Source of the DNA: an uncultured delta proteobacterium
GTDB lineage: Bacteria; Desulfobacterota; Binatia; Binatales; Binataceae
NCBI GenBank assembly: GCA_963724765.1
Contig: CAVRVY010000002.1
Span: 320,001-384,000 of the forward strand
Reading direction: 5' to 3'
Length of the DNA stretch: 64,000 nt
This document shows positions 10,110-19,578 of the stretch, one piece after another. The translations under genes and the position numbers were made by a program. Every line of letters starts with the position of its first letter. The first letter of the stretch is position 1. A model generated the notes under the pieces. It did no database searches, was not told the DNA's origin, and worked only from the letters and a program-made list of their open reading frames with translations.

Positions 10110-10859
10110 TTGCCACTCGCCTTACCTTTGCCTCGGTGATCGCCACGAGTGCAACAGTTCCACCAATGGCCGTACCTTGCATCGGCATTTACTCCGGTCA
10201 GTTCTGCTCGGCCCGTCCAAATGTTCGCGGGGTTGCCAGCGCGAGCCGCGGTCGAGGCGAAAAAGCTCGCAGTACGAGCAGCGTTTCGGTCCTCACGAGC
10301 GCCCCGCAGCCAAAGGGTTCACCAGCGTCCCACGACCTACGCCGTCGGTTGCCGACGGTTACAAAAATTTGGCCGAACCTCTGCAAAAGGACCCCCGCAG
10401 TCCGGACGCAGGACCGTTTGAAACCAAGCCGCAGTCGCTGACCCCCTGGCCCACCGGGCCGACGATGTTTCCAGTTGCCGTCGGCGCCAACTTTCCCGCG
10501 TCAGCGTATGGCCTTTCCCACCAAACGTCAAAGCAGTGAGATCGATTGTCAGCGGGCTCGCTCGGCGTCACGAGTTTGTCGCTGATGGCATAAATCTAGC
10601 GCCGCCGGCTGGCGTTGGCTTCGCTGGGCTGCGGACTTTCGTGGCCTGACGGCCCGATTAAGGCGCATTGCAGTGCGGCAACTCGTTTTCACTCACGGCT
10701 TGGAAGTTGCTCAATGCGCAGAGTCATGTTAGCGATCGACTCGGCGGGTGGGCGTTCTTGATGCTAGAGACTCCGGTTCGCAGGTGGAATAAATCGGTAA
10801 TCACGGCGGTTCGCTTGAAACAAGGAACCGCGCACGCCAACGGAGGCGCTGCCGGGAGG

Positions 10860-12137
10860 TTGACCGCGTTTAAGCTGAGCCGTCCCTGGCTTCTATTTCT
10901 ACTCCTCATAATGTTGGCACCGGGTTGCACGGGAAGCGACGGCGGATCGCAACCGTCGCCATTGCCGACCGCTACGTCGGCGCCTTCGCCTATACCTTCA
11001 CCCACGCCTACCCCTGCACGAGGGATCATTCACTTTGTTCCGAACTCCCATGCGTTCTGGAGCAACCCGGCGAACTGGACCAGCAGCTATGGCCCGGCCT
11101 ATGCCAATATCCTGCTCACAGGCAGCAATTTTCTGCCCTGCAGAGGCGGCCCCTTCGCGCTCTGTTATTACTCGGGCCCCAACACCGCTCCCGAAGACTT
11201 ATCCTGCACGTTGACCGCGGACGGGCTTTACGCGAACTGCAAATGCTACGACATACCCTATGGAGTGTACTTCGTAGATATAAATGGCATCCTTAACCAC
11301 TCGGTGTATGAGAATACCATCGCACAATGCGGGACCGACGGCAGCCTGTGTGGGACGATCAACTCGGCTCCCGTATGCCAGGCGGTTAATCAGGGGACAT
11401 TGATTCCCGGCACGAACCTGTTCTCGGCCTTCAGCTTCGATTGCATTCCGACCAATGGAATTGGCCAGACCAATTGCACGCAGGCGCCATACGCCGGATG
11501 CATGACCGCGCCCTGCTTCAAGACCAATCAGCCCGGTATCGTCCAATGCTCCTGCCCGGTCTTCGATGGTCCCTACCAGGTGGGCCAGAACGACCAAGCC
11601 TGCATGCTGGGCGATGACCTGGTGTGGTCGGCCGCGTACGCTCCGCCCACAATGGCCGCTTCTTCGCTCAATTTATCCGCCCCGGCTGAAGTTGCGGCGC
11701 CGGCGGCCGTTCCCAGTCCGGGCACCTGCCTGCCGGATGCCCCTGGCGGGATGGGATGTCCACTGTATGTGCCGGGAACCACCATGCTGCCAGCCGATAG
11801 CGGCGTTGACTGCGCAAAGGTTTGCAATGAATACCGCACTTGTCAGCAAACGGGAGGGGTTCAGACGGGCTTTACCTGCGATGCCACCCTTTGTACTGAC
11901 GAATGCAATGACCGGGACCTGGTGGGAACCGCCTGCTCCGGACTGGGAAAGTGCGAGCTTTCGGAAATAATCAAGGCCGAGACGGCTGCGGAATGCAGTT
12001 GTTGCGCGAGCCAGCTATGCGGATGTGACCCGAACGGCAAAACCAATACGGCCATCGCCGGGCTGAACCAGCAGCAGCGCGACCGCAGTATCGAACCGCA
12101 ATGCGATATCAATGGCACTCTGTGCGGAACGCCCTGA
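10860..12137 (+). CDS. Cysteine-rich hypothetical lipoprotein (33 Cys)
   Basis: ORF 10668-12137; likely start TTG 10860 before the hydrophobic stretch and lipobox LAPG-C; Pro/Thr linker; start uncertain. Confidence 0.75.
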   Translation: MTAFKLSRPWLLFLLLIMLAPGCTGSDGGSQPSPLPTATSAPSPIPSPTPTPARGIIHFVPNSHAFWSNPANWTSSYGPAYANILLTGSNFLPCRGGPFALCYYSGPNTAPEDLSCTLTADGLYANCKCYDIPYGVYFVDINGILNHSVYENTIAQCGTDGSLCGTINSAPVCQAVNQGTLIPGTNLFSAFSFDCIPTNGIGQTNCTQAPYAGCMTAPCFKTNQPGIVQCSCPVFDGPYQVGQNDQACMLGDDLVWSAAYAPPTMAASSLNLSAPAEVAAPAAVPSPGTCLPDAPGGMGCPLYVPGTTMLPADSGVDCAKVCNEYRTCQQTGGVQTGFTCDATLCTDECNDRDLVGTACSGLGKCELSEIIKAETAAECSCCASQLCGCDPNGKTNTAIAGLNQQQRDRSIEPQCDINGTLCGTP

Positions 12138-12233
12138 TTCGCCGCTCCTGCATCACGCAGCGGACGCGAACTTTTCACCCCCTGCGCGGCGGGGGGGGGG
12201 GCCGAACAGCTCTAAAAAGTCCGGTGAGAAAAA

Positions 12234-12591
12234 TGGTGGAGGCGGGGGGAATTGAACCCCCGTCCGAAAACCGCCGAGCGGTGGCCACTACACGCTTATT
12301 CCGCGATTTAATCTCACCGCCTCAACGCCCACGGACGGGCTGTGCTGCGGCCAGCCACTTTGCGTTTCGGGTGCGCGCCCAAGTGGCCGACGGCGTTTCC
12401 CTAGCCCACTAAATGACGCCCCGCCCCGCTGTCATGGGCGAACAGCGGCGGGACGCTAGCGGCCCTTAGGCCGCCAGAGCGTAACCGTTATTGTCTGCGG
12501 GTAAATTTCGCAGTCTGTTTGTTTAACGGGATAACAGCACCCCGGCGTGCGACCACGGCTTTCTTGTTTCCGTCGAACCCGGTTCGCCCCC
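12234..12591 (-). ncRNA. ssrA: tmRNA; tag peptide (A)ADNNGYALAA*
   Basis: 5' GGGGGCGAACCGGGTTCGACGG, 3' GGGGGTTCAATTCCCCCCGCCTCCACCA, 358 nt, internal ORF GCA GAC AAT AAC GGT TAC GCT CTG GCG GCC TAA. Confidence 0.97.
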
Positions 12592-12803
12592 ATTTTGGGC
12601 AAGCCTTGCGACTCGCGTCAGCCGTTACGCTCCTTCCAATCTAGAGACTGCGCAGGCCGGACGCAACCGCTGATTCCGCGTGCGAGACGCCCGCCCGTTT
12701 GGCGCTGCGCCGAGTTGGTGTAGCCTGTAGCGTCAAGCGTGAGCGAAACCGCGCCCCATACGTGCGCCGGACCGCCCTACGTTGCCCCAGGCAGCGCGAA
12801 ACG

Positions 12804-14648
12804 ATGGCAAAACGAATCCTCGGCATCTCCGCCTATTATCACGATAGCGCGGCCGCCCTCGTGTGCGACGGCGAAATCGTGGCCGCCGCTCAGGAGGAGC
12901 GCTTCACGCGCAAAAAGCACGACGCCGACTTCCCCCGTCACGCCGCCGCCTGGTGCCTCGGCGCGGCCGGACTCAAGGTCGAGGACCTCGATTCGATCGT
13001 TTTCTACGACAAGCCCTGGGTAAAGTTCGAGCGCATGATGGAGACCTACCTAGGCTACGCGCCACGAGGGCTCGGGTCGTTTCTGACCGCGATGCCGATT
13101 TGGCTCAAGGAGAAGCTCAACCTGCGCTCGGCGCTCAAGCGCGAACTCGCCTCGCTCGACGGCGGCAAGCTCAACGCGCTTCCGCCACTGCTCTTCACCG
13201 AGCATCATCAGGCCCACGCCGCCTCCGCCTTCTTCGCGAGCCCCTTCTGGCGCGCCGCCGTGCTCTGCCTGGACGGGGTGGGCGAGTGGGCGACGACCTC
13301 GGTGTGGCTGGGCGAGGGCAACCGACTGACGCCGCGGTGGCAGATCGATTTTCCGCACTCGCTCGGCCTGCTCTATTCGGCCTTCACCTACTACACCGGT
13401 TTCCGGGTGAACTCGGGCGAGTATAAGGTGATGGGCCTTGCGCCATATGGCGAGCCGCGCTACGCCGGCGCGATCCTCGACCATCTGATCGACGTCAAGC
13501 CCGACGGCACGTTCCGCCTCAACACCGAATATTTCAACTACGTCACCGGCCTGACGATGACCAACCAACGCTTCGACGCGCTTTTTGGCGGGCCGCCGCG
13601 CAAGCCCGAATCGCCGTTGACCCAGCGCGAGATGGACCTTGCGGCCTCGATTCAGAAGGTCACCGAGGACGTGGTCTCGCGCCTGGCGCTGACGGTCCGG
13701 CGCGAGCTTGACGCCGACTATCTCTGCCTGGCAGGCGGCGTAGCGCTCAACTGCGTCGCCAACGGCCGCTTGCTGCGCGAGGGCACCTTCCGCGATATCT
13801 GGATCCAGCCCGCCGCGGGCGACGCCGGCGGCGCGATCGGTGCGGCACTGGCGGGATGGCACCTATACGGCGGCGCGGCGCGCGAGGTCGACGGCGACGA
13901 TCGGATGCACGGCTCGTTTCTGGGCCCGAGTTTCGGCGAAGCCGAGATAAAAGACGCGCTCGATCGCGCGGGCGCTCACTACCAACGCCTGCCCGAGGCC
14001 GACTTGCTGGAGTCCGTCGCCGCGATGCTGGCCGAGGGCGCGGTGGTCGGATGGTTCCAGGGGCGGATGGAGTTTGGGCCGCGCGCGCTCGGCAACCGCT
14101 CGATCCTTGGCGATCCGCGCAACTCGAAAATGCAATCCGTGATGAATCTCAAGATCAAGTACCGCGAATCGTTCCGGCCGTTCGCACCCGCCGTGCTGGT
14201 CGAGCGCGCTGCGGAATACTTCGAGCTCGATCGGCCGAGCCCTTACATGGGGCTGGTCGCCAAGGTGCGCGAGGAACTGCGCCTGCCGATGAGCGACGAG
14301 CAGCACAACCTATTCGGCATCGACAAGCTCAACGTGCCGCGCTCGAGCATCCCGGCCGTCACTCACGTCGACTACTCGGCGCGTATCCAAAGCGTCGACG
14401 CCCGCACCAATCCGCGCTTCCATCGGCTGCTCGAGCGCTTCGCCGCGCGGACCGGATGCGCCGTGCTGGTCAACACCTCGTTCAACGTGCGCGGCGAGCC
14501 GATTGTGTGCACGCCCGAAGATGCGTACCGATGTTTCATGCGCACCGAGATGGACGTTTTGGTGCTGGAGGACTTCGTGCTCGCCAAGACCGACCAGGCC
14601 GAGCGTCCGCGCGACGAGAGCTGGAAGCGCGAGTTCGAACTGGACTGA
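12804..14648 (+). CDS. O-carbamoyltransferase (NodU/CmcH/SxtI family)
   Basis: ILGISAYYHDSAA, HHQAHAAS, GEYKVMGLAPYG, EFGPRALGNRS, NTSFNVRGEP. Confidence 0.95.
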   Translation: MAKRILGISAYYHDSAAALVCDGEIVAAAQEERFTRKKHDADFPRHAAAWCLGAAGLKVEDLDSIVFYDKPWVKFERMMETYLGYAPRGLGSFLTAMPIWLKEKLNLRSALKRELASLDGGKLNALPPLLFTEHHQAHAASAFFASPFWRAAVLCLDGVGEWATTSVWLGEGNRLTPRWQIDFPHSLGLLYSAFTYYTGFRVNSGEYKVMGLAPYGEPRYAGAILDHLIDVKPDGTFRLNTEYFNYVTGLTMTNQRFDALFGGPPRKPESPLTQREMDLAASIQKVTEDVVSRLALTVRRELDADYLCLAGGVALNCVANGRLLREGTFRDIWIQPAAGDAGGAIGAALAGWHLYGGAAREVDGDDRMHGSFLGPSFGEAEIKDALDRAGAHYQRLPEADLLESVAAMLAEGAVVGWFQGRMEFGPRALGNRSILGDPRNSKMQSVMNLKIKYRESFRPFAPAVLVERAAEYFELDRPSPYMGLVAKVREELRLPMSDEQHNLFGIDKLNVPRSSIPAVTHVDYSARIQSVDARTNPRFHRLLERFAARTGCAVLVNTSFNVRGEPIVCTPEDAYRCFMRTEMDVLVLEDFVLAKTDQAERPRDESWKREFELD

Positions 14649-14657
14649 CGGGCGGCG

Positions 14658-15065
14658 ATGGAGCACCGGACAGGGGAGCGACTACCCGAGTCGGAGTTGC
14701 GCAATTTCGGATTGGTGCTGGGGGCGCTGCTCGCGGCGCTCTTCGGCGTGCTGCCCCTGCTGCGCCATCGCACGCCCGCGCTATGGCCGTGGATCGTTGC
14801 CGCGGTGCTGTGGCTGGCGGCGCTTCTGTGGCCGCGCAGCCTCACGCTGCTCCATCGATGGTGGACGCGGCTGGGGCATGCGTTGGGATGGTTCAACACG
14901 CGGGTCATCCTGACCCTGATTTTCATGATCGTGATCACGCCGTTCAGCTTCGTGATGTGGGTTTTCGGCCGCGACCGGATGAAACGCGGCTTCGACCCCA
15001 AGTGCGAGAGCTACCGGGTGCCGAGCCCGCCGCGTCCGCCGCAAGGAATGGAGAAGCCCTTCTAA
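14658..15065 (+). CDS. SxtJ-family membrane protein
   Basis: ELRNFGL, W..LG..LGWFN, terminal MEKPF; follows carbamoyltransferase. Confidence 0.85.
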   Translation: MEHRTGERLPESELRNFGLVLGALLAALFGVLPLLRHRTPALWPWIVAAVLWLAALLWPRSLTLLHRWWTRLGHALGWFNTRVILTLIFMIVITPFSFVMWVFGRDRMKRGFDPKCESYRVPSPPRPPQGMEKPF

Positions 15066-15220
15066 GGCTGCTTAGCTTCCCGAACGTCTCGGCCGGTCTC
15101 ACATAGAGACCGTCGGGGCGTTGCACATATGAAGCGTAACGAGAGTTCCTGCGGAATGATTATGAGCTTCCGCGTCACGACCTGTAGAATACTCGGTCAT
15201 TCAGAAGCCGTCTGAAGAAT

Positions 15221-15261
15221 TCGCGCAACGCTCGGCAAGCGAAAAGCCGAGCGTTGCGCGA
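15221..15261. terminator. 16-bp perfect hairpin between convergent genes
   Basis: TCGCGCAACGCTCGGC / GCCGAGCGTTGCGCGA with 9-nt loop. Confidence 0.6.
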
Positions 15262-15316
15262 TCACACTAAATGACGAACTGACGATAGTCTCCCAAGGGC
15301 ACTTGAATTGCGCTCT

Positions 15317-16960
15317 TCAGATGGGAGGGTAGCCGCCCGGAGTCCAGGACACGCCGCGCAGGACCTCGCCGAACCCGGCGCTGCGCAGAACATGGAAACT
15401 CTCGGAAGCCGGAAGCGTGGTGGCAGCCAGCTTGTCGCTAATCGCAACGAGCTTGTTCGGATCAGCTCCCTGGTCGCCGCCTCCGCTGACCGTCGAGGTT
15501 ATCGCATAGATGGTCGCGGTACCGTTGCGATTCACGATGCCGGTTATATTGCGGAGTCCGTCGGTCTCGGGAGCCCAGGCCAGATTGGTTGCCGGGTTGT
15601 TCCCGGTCGGATAGCCGGGGACCGTGTACTGCACGCCGAGATTCAACCCGTTCTGCAACACGTAGGCTTCCTGCCACGCGCCAGTCGACGAATTGAAGAT
15701 CCACTTTTGCAGTCCCGCGAACCTCGACGTCGCGGCGTCGCTGAGTGTCCCGTCGCCCTCATCGGCAACATAGAGCGTGGTCGCATTCGCGAACCAGATG
15801 CCGAAAGGAAACGAATTCGTCGAGGTCTTTGCGGACTGGGTCGGGAAGCCGTTAAGGATACACATGTTGCTCGGCAGCGCTCCGCCGCTCTCGATGGTTG
15901 TTGGATTGTACGCCAGCGGTGAGTCCGGCAGAGTCGCGGAACTTGACGGAAGTCCAACCCCCTTGGGACAGGCCGTGCCCGTGGTATCGACAAAGTAGAC
16001 AGTATTGACGCCGTTACTGCCGCTGCCCTTGGTGTAATAGATGACGTTGTTGAAAATCGTCAGGCCGCGGAAGTTGTCGTCCTTGCCGTTCTTGTCCGCC
16101 TTGTCTCCCAGGAGTGTGACCGAAAAGCTGCCCACAGGCGACGGAGTCCCCGGATCCTGCGCCACTTCGGCGATAGTCTCGGGAGTGATGAACTGCGCGC
16201 CGGCGCCAAGCACCACGCCCGGAGGCTGCGGATTGCTGCCGTTACCGGCGTTGCCGGCCGTATAGAAAGCGTCCCCTTCGGTATTGAAAATCGCCGCGCG
16301 GCCATTGTCGCCGCTGTACGCGTTGGTCTCGGTGAAATTGAATCTGCCTTCGCGATCGACTTGCGCGACTGCCCGGTAATAGCTGGTGCCAACCGGATTG
16401 GTCGGATCGACGACCCCCGGCGTATTCGCATTGGAGACGTCCAGCGCGTTCACCGGAGCAACGTAGCCCATGAACGTCAGATAGTTGTGATCCAACGAGA
16501 GGTTAAGCGCCAGCTCAGATTTTGAGCTGAAACCGGTGACCAGGTGATCCCGCGTGGAGGAAAGCCCGAGTTGCAAGCTGTTGGGCACTTCGAGCGAACC
16601 GAGGGGAAGGCCAAACGGAGTGATCTGGTCGAGGAAAATCCGCGAGGTGATGCCGAAGCTGCCGTCGACCAAAGCGTTGTTAAAGACTTGCGGATACGTG
16701 CCGTTGGCGGTCGCGGTCGTGCAGTCGCCGGTCGCGATCACGCAGTCAGGCGGTAGAGGCTCGTTCACCGTCACGTTATTTGGGTTGTTGTCGTAAACGC
16801 TGCGGCTGACCACGAGGTTGCTAGGCAGGAAAAAGAAGGGTTGGGAATGCGGCGTATCCGCGAATACGGAGGCGCCAGCCAGAGAGACCAGCGCTATCGC
16901 AGCGATAGCACGCGCAAATCCACGGATTTGCCATCCCAATTCCGAACTCTTACGAATCAT
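15317..16960 (-). CDS. Secreted hypothetical protein (Gly/Asn/Thr-rich, probably beta-propeller-like)
   Basis: ATG 16960 preceded by GGAGGA; signal peptide ending VFA; NLVVSR, FRGLTIFN, TLYVADEGDG repeat-like strands. Confidence 0.8.
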   Translation of the reverse strand: MIRKSSELGWQIRGFARAIAAIALVSLAGASVFADTPHSQPFFFLPSNLVVSRSVYDNNPNNVTVNEPLPPDCVIATGDCTTATANGTYPQVFNNALVDGSFGITSRIFLDQITPFGLPLGSLEVPNSLQLGLSSTRDHLVTGFSSKSELALNLSLDHNYLTFMGYVAPVNALDVSNANTPGVVDPTNPVGTSYYRAVAQVDREGRFNFTETNAYSGDNGRAAIFNTEGDAFYTAGNAGNGSNPQPPGVVLGAGAQFITPETIAEVAQDPGTPSPVGSFSVTLLGDKADKNGKDDNFRGLTIFNNVIYYTKGSGSNGVNTVYFVDTTGTACPKGVGLPSSSATLPDSPLAYNPTTIESGGALPSNMCILNGFPTQSAKTSTNSFPFGIWFANATTLYVADEGDGTLSDAATSRFAGLQKWIFNSSTGAWQEAYVLQNGLNLGVQYTVPGYPTGNNPATNLAWAPETDGLRNITGIVNRNGTATIYAITSTVSGGGDQGADPNKLVAISDKLAATTLPASESFHVLRSAGFGEVLRGVSWTPGGYPPI

Positions 16961-17080
16961 GAGAATTCCTCCCGGAAGTGCTTTGACTTTGCGGGAGACT
17001 AAGCACGGCCTGTTTCCGCAGCTTGATCCGAAGTTTAAGCGCGAATTGCGATCTAAAGAATTCCTGTTTAACCGGGCCTC

Positions 17081-17239
17081 TAGCCGCGTCATCTTCACCG
17101 CCTGCTTGCCCTCCTTGATCCATCGTTCGGCGACTCGTTTGTTGTAGGATCGCGCTGCCACCCAGCTCTCGGCCGTGAGGTTGGTCACGATGAAAGCCGA
17201 CACGGGGAATAACTCCCCAAAGTGAAACTCGACCTTCGC
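17081..17239 (-). pseudogene. IS1380-family transposase fragment
   Basis: AKVEFHFGELFP[RVG]FIVTNL...YNKR.AERWIKEGKQAVKMTRL matches the IS1380 DDE signature; local frameshift at PRVGF; rest of gene absent. Confidence 0.75.
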
Positions 17240-17485
17240 CCATCCGCCGCGCGCAAGGGATGGAGAAGTCATTCTGAATCCGATACATCGGCGCGGCGTA
17301 CTCCCCTGAGGCGCCTGGATTACGCGTTGCGGCTGCCGGCCCTCGCCGTGGCTTGGATCGCCTTAATGTCTGACCGCTGGAAGGATGCCTTTTCGCCAGA
17401 AGCCTTGCTTCTACCCTGTGGAATCGTCCTATGCTTGTGCGGCGGGCCGGCCGCGGCTGCGCCATCTACCGGAGTGAGCCTGACG

Positions 17486-17638
17486 ATGCTGGATTTGCTA
17501 AGAGACCTGTGGGGGTTTGCGAGCGAGCGCAAGAAGTTCTGGCTGGTGCCGCTCATCGGCACGCTGCTGGTTCTAAGCGTACTGATCGCAATTGCCGAAT
17601 TCTCCACCGTCGCCCCATTTATCTACACGTTGTTCTAG
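17486..17638 (+). CDS. SxtK/DUF5989-family small membrane protein
   Basis: 50 aa, DLWGF..ERKKFWLVP...APFIYTLF. Confidence 0.87.
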   Translation: MLDLLRDLWGFASERKKFWLVPLIGTLLVLSVLIAIAEFSTVAPFIYTLF

Positions 17639-17642
17639 GCCG

Positions 17643-18929
17643 GTGAGCAGGAAAAAGCGCGTTGCCGCCAATCTCGCGCTGGTGTTGGCCGGCGTGGCGA
17701 TCGCATTCCTGATGGCCGAGGTCGCGGTGCGTGTAAGCGGTCTGGCCAAGGTCAGCCTTTACACCTGGGACGCATATCGCGGATGGGGCCTCAAGCCAGG
17801 CGCGTCCGGATGGCAGCGCGAGGAGGGTGCGGGCTTCGTCAGCGTCAACAGCGCCGGGTTTCGCGGCCCGCAATGGACGATCGCCAAGCCGCCGGACACG
17901 CTGCGCGTGGCGGTGGTCGGCGACTCCTTCACCGAGGCGCCACAGGTCGCGTACGATCAGACCTTCTGCTCGGTAGCCGAGCATGCGCTCGGCGGATGCA
18001 AGGGGCTGGGCGGCAGAAAAATCCAGGTGATGGACTTCGGGACCGACGCCTACGGCACAGCGCAGGAGCTGATCACGCTGCGCCGCCATGCCTGGCAGTA
18101 TTCGCCCGACCTGGTGGTGCTGGCTTTTTTTTCGGGCAACGATCTGCGCAACAACTCGACGGTGCTGGAGAGCGATAAGTGCCGCCCGTTCTACGTCTTT
18201 GATGACGGCAAGTTGACACTCGGCGGGCCGTTCGAGCGCTCGCGATGGTTTTATCTGTCGTGCATGATGCGGTTCGAATCGCGCCACTCGCAGGTGCTCA
18301 ACCTGATCGGCGACGCCAAGAGCGATATCCGGTCGAAAATGAAAGCGATGGAAGCTCGGCCGCCGTCAGCCGGCGAACCCAGACCCGCGGCCAGCGTCCT
18401 TAAACCCATAGGGCATGCGAGCGTCGGCGGCTTCACGCCGGTCGCCGAACAGCAGCCAGCGCCGCTGGGGCACGAGGCGGGACTCGAGGATAATATCTAC
18501 AATCCGCCGATGACGCCGGTATGGAAGGACGCGTGGCGAGTCACCGAGGGGATCATCACGATGATGGCGCGCGAGACGGCGGCGCATCACGTGCCGCTGC
18601 TGGTGGTGACGCTCGCCAATCCACCGCAGATCTATCCGGATCCGACCGTGCGCGGCTACTACTTGATGACTTACCGTTCGACAGACATCTTTTATCCCGA
18701 CCAGCGGATCAAGGCGCTCGGCGAACGCGAGGGTTTCGAGGTGCTGAACCTGGCGGCGCCAATGCAGGCCTACGCCGATGAGCATCATATGTTCCTGGCC
18801 GGCTTCAAGGACACCAAGCTGGGGGTCGGACACTGGAACGCGGTGGGCCACCGGCTGGCTGGCGAGCTTATCGCACAGAAAATCTGCGAGATGCTGTCGG
18901 CGAACACGCATCCCGCCGCCGCCCGCTGA
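17643..18929 (+). CDS. SGNH/GDSL hydrolase-family protein with N-terminal membrane anchor
   Basis: VVGDSFT, FFSGNDL, GHWNAVGH. Confidence 0.9.
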   Translation: MSRKKRVAANLALVLAGVAIAFLMAEVAVRVSGLAKVSLYTWDAYRGWGLKPGASGWQREEGAGFVSVNSAGFRGPQWTIAKPPDTLRVAVVGDSFTEAPQVAYDQTFCSVAEHALGGCKGLGGRKIQVMDFGTDAYGTAQELITLRRHAWQYSPDLVVLAFFSGNDLRNNSTVLESDKCRPFYVFDDGKLTLGGPFERSRWFYLSCMMRFESRHSQVLNLIGDAKSDIRSKMKAMEARPPSAGEPRPAASVLKPIGHASVGGFTPVAEQQPAPLGHEAGLEDNIYNPPMTPVWKDAWRVTEGIITMMARETAAHHVPLLVVTLANPPQIYPDPTVRGYYLMTYRSTDIFYPDQRIKALGEREGFEVLNLAAPMQAYADEHHMFLAGFKDTKLGVGHWNAVGHRLAGELIAQKICEMLSANTHPAAAR

Positions 18930-19006
18930 GCGTCGGCGCGCCGCCGGCTCCGATACCGAATACCGCTAGTGTCGTACGGCGTGCGCGCGCTTGATGGATG
19001 AGAGCG

Positions 19007-19031
19007 GGGCGGCTCCGATGCGGAGCCGCCC
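19007..19031. terminator. 11-bp GC hairpin between convergent genes
   Basis: GGGCGGCTCCG-ATG-CGGAGCCGCCC; no U-tract. Confidence 0.5.
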
Positions 19032-19046
19032 TCGATTGACGCAGGA

Positions 19047-19334
19047 CTAATTGTTGCTCTGGGTCGAGGTCTTCTCGGTGGTCGTGCTACTGCTCGGCGG
19101 TACGTAGTTGTCGTTCGAGCTGGTGGTTGTTGAGTTGTAGGACTTCGTCACGGTCGGGTTGACGGGCGCGGAGTCACCCTGCATACCCGTGGCACCGGTG
19201 GCTCCAGTCGCTCCACTCATTCCCGGAGGGCCAGCCGGCCCCTGCACAGTGCATCCGATAACGGCAGTGCCCATCAGCAATGCCATAGCCACTATACCGG
19301 TATAAGTCGCCGCAGTTTTCATAATGGTTTTCAT
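19047..19334 (-). CDS. Small lipoprotein with collagen-like (Gly-X-Y) stretch
   Basis: Lipobox VIG-C then GPA GPP GMS GAT GAT GAT GMQ GDS; Ser/Thr-rich tail. Confidence 0.75.
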   Translation of the reverse strand: MKTIMKTAATYTGIVAMALLMGTAVIGCTVQGPAGPPGMSGATGATGATGMQGDSAPVNPTVTKSYNSTTTSSNDNYVPPSSSTTTEKTSTQSNN

Positions 19335-19578
19335 AGTTAAAGCCTATCAGGATCGGCCGGCCGTTATGCGTTGCAGTTCGAACGTCTTGGTTATTCAAAT
19401 AACCAAATAGTGGGCGCGCATGGCCCGCGGCGGGGGTGCGCATCCCGTTCCGTCCGATGAGCGACAGCAACGCCGCGTAGCCCCATCTGAGCCAGGGCTT
19501 GCGCAGGCGCTCCCGGCCTCTTAAGGTTTTGACGGGCAGCCTGCTTCGATGCCGAATGGGGGAGGGCACGACGAGACC

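Noticed and set aside
10149-10600. Small ORFs between lptD and the Cys-rich gene
   Set aside because: Several short overlapping frames with no motif or RBS support; treated as divergent promoter DNA
12191-12201. Poly-G phase-variation tract
   Set aside because: Intergenic between convergent 3' ends and pairs with a nearby C-run; more likely a terminator stem or homopolymer error
2750-12233. Formally bounded island integrated in ssrA
   Set aside because: No duplicate of the tmRNA 3' end and no integrase found by eye on this side; only composition hints at acquisition
16961-17272. N-terminal extension making a transposase-secreted protein fusion
   Set aside because: A strong RBS and signal peptide start at 16960; the upstream in-frame stretch is an IS relic
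12804-17638. Saxitoxin biosynthesis cluster
   Set aside because: Only sxtI/J/K-like genes; no sxtA, sxtG or other core genes in the window
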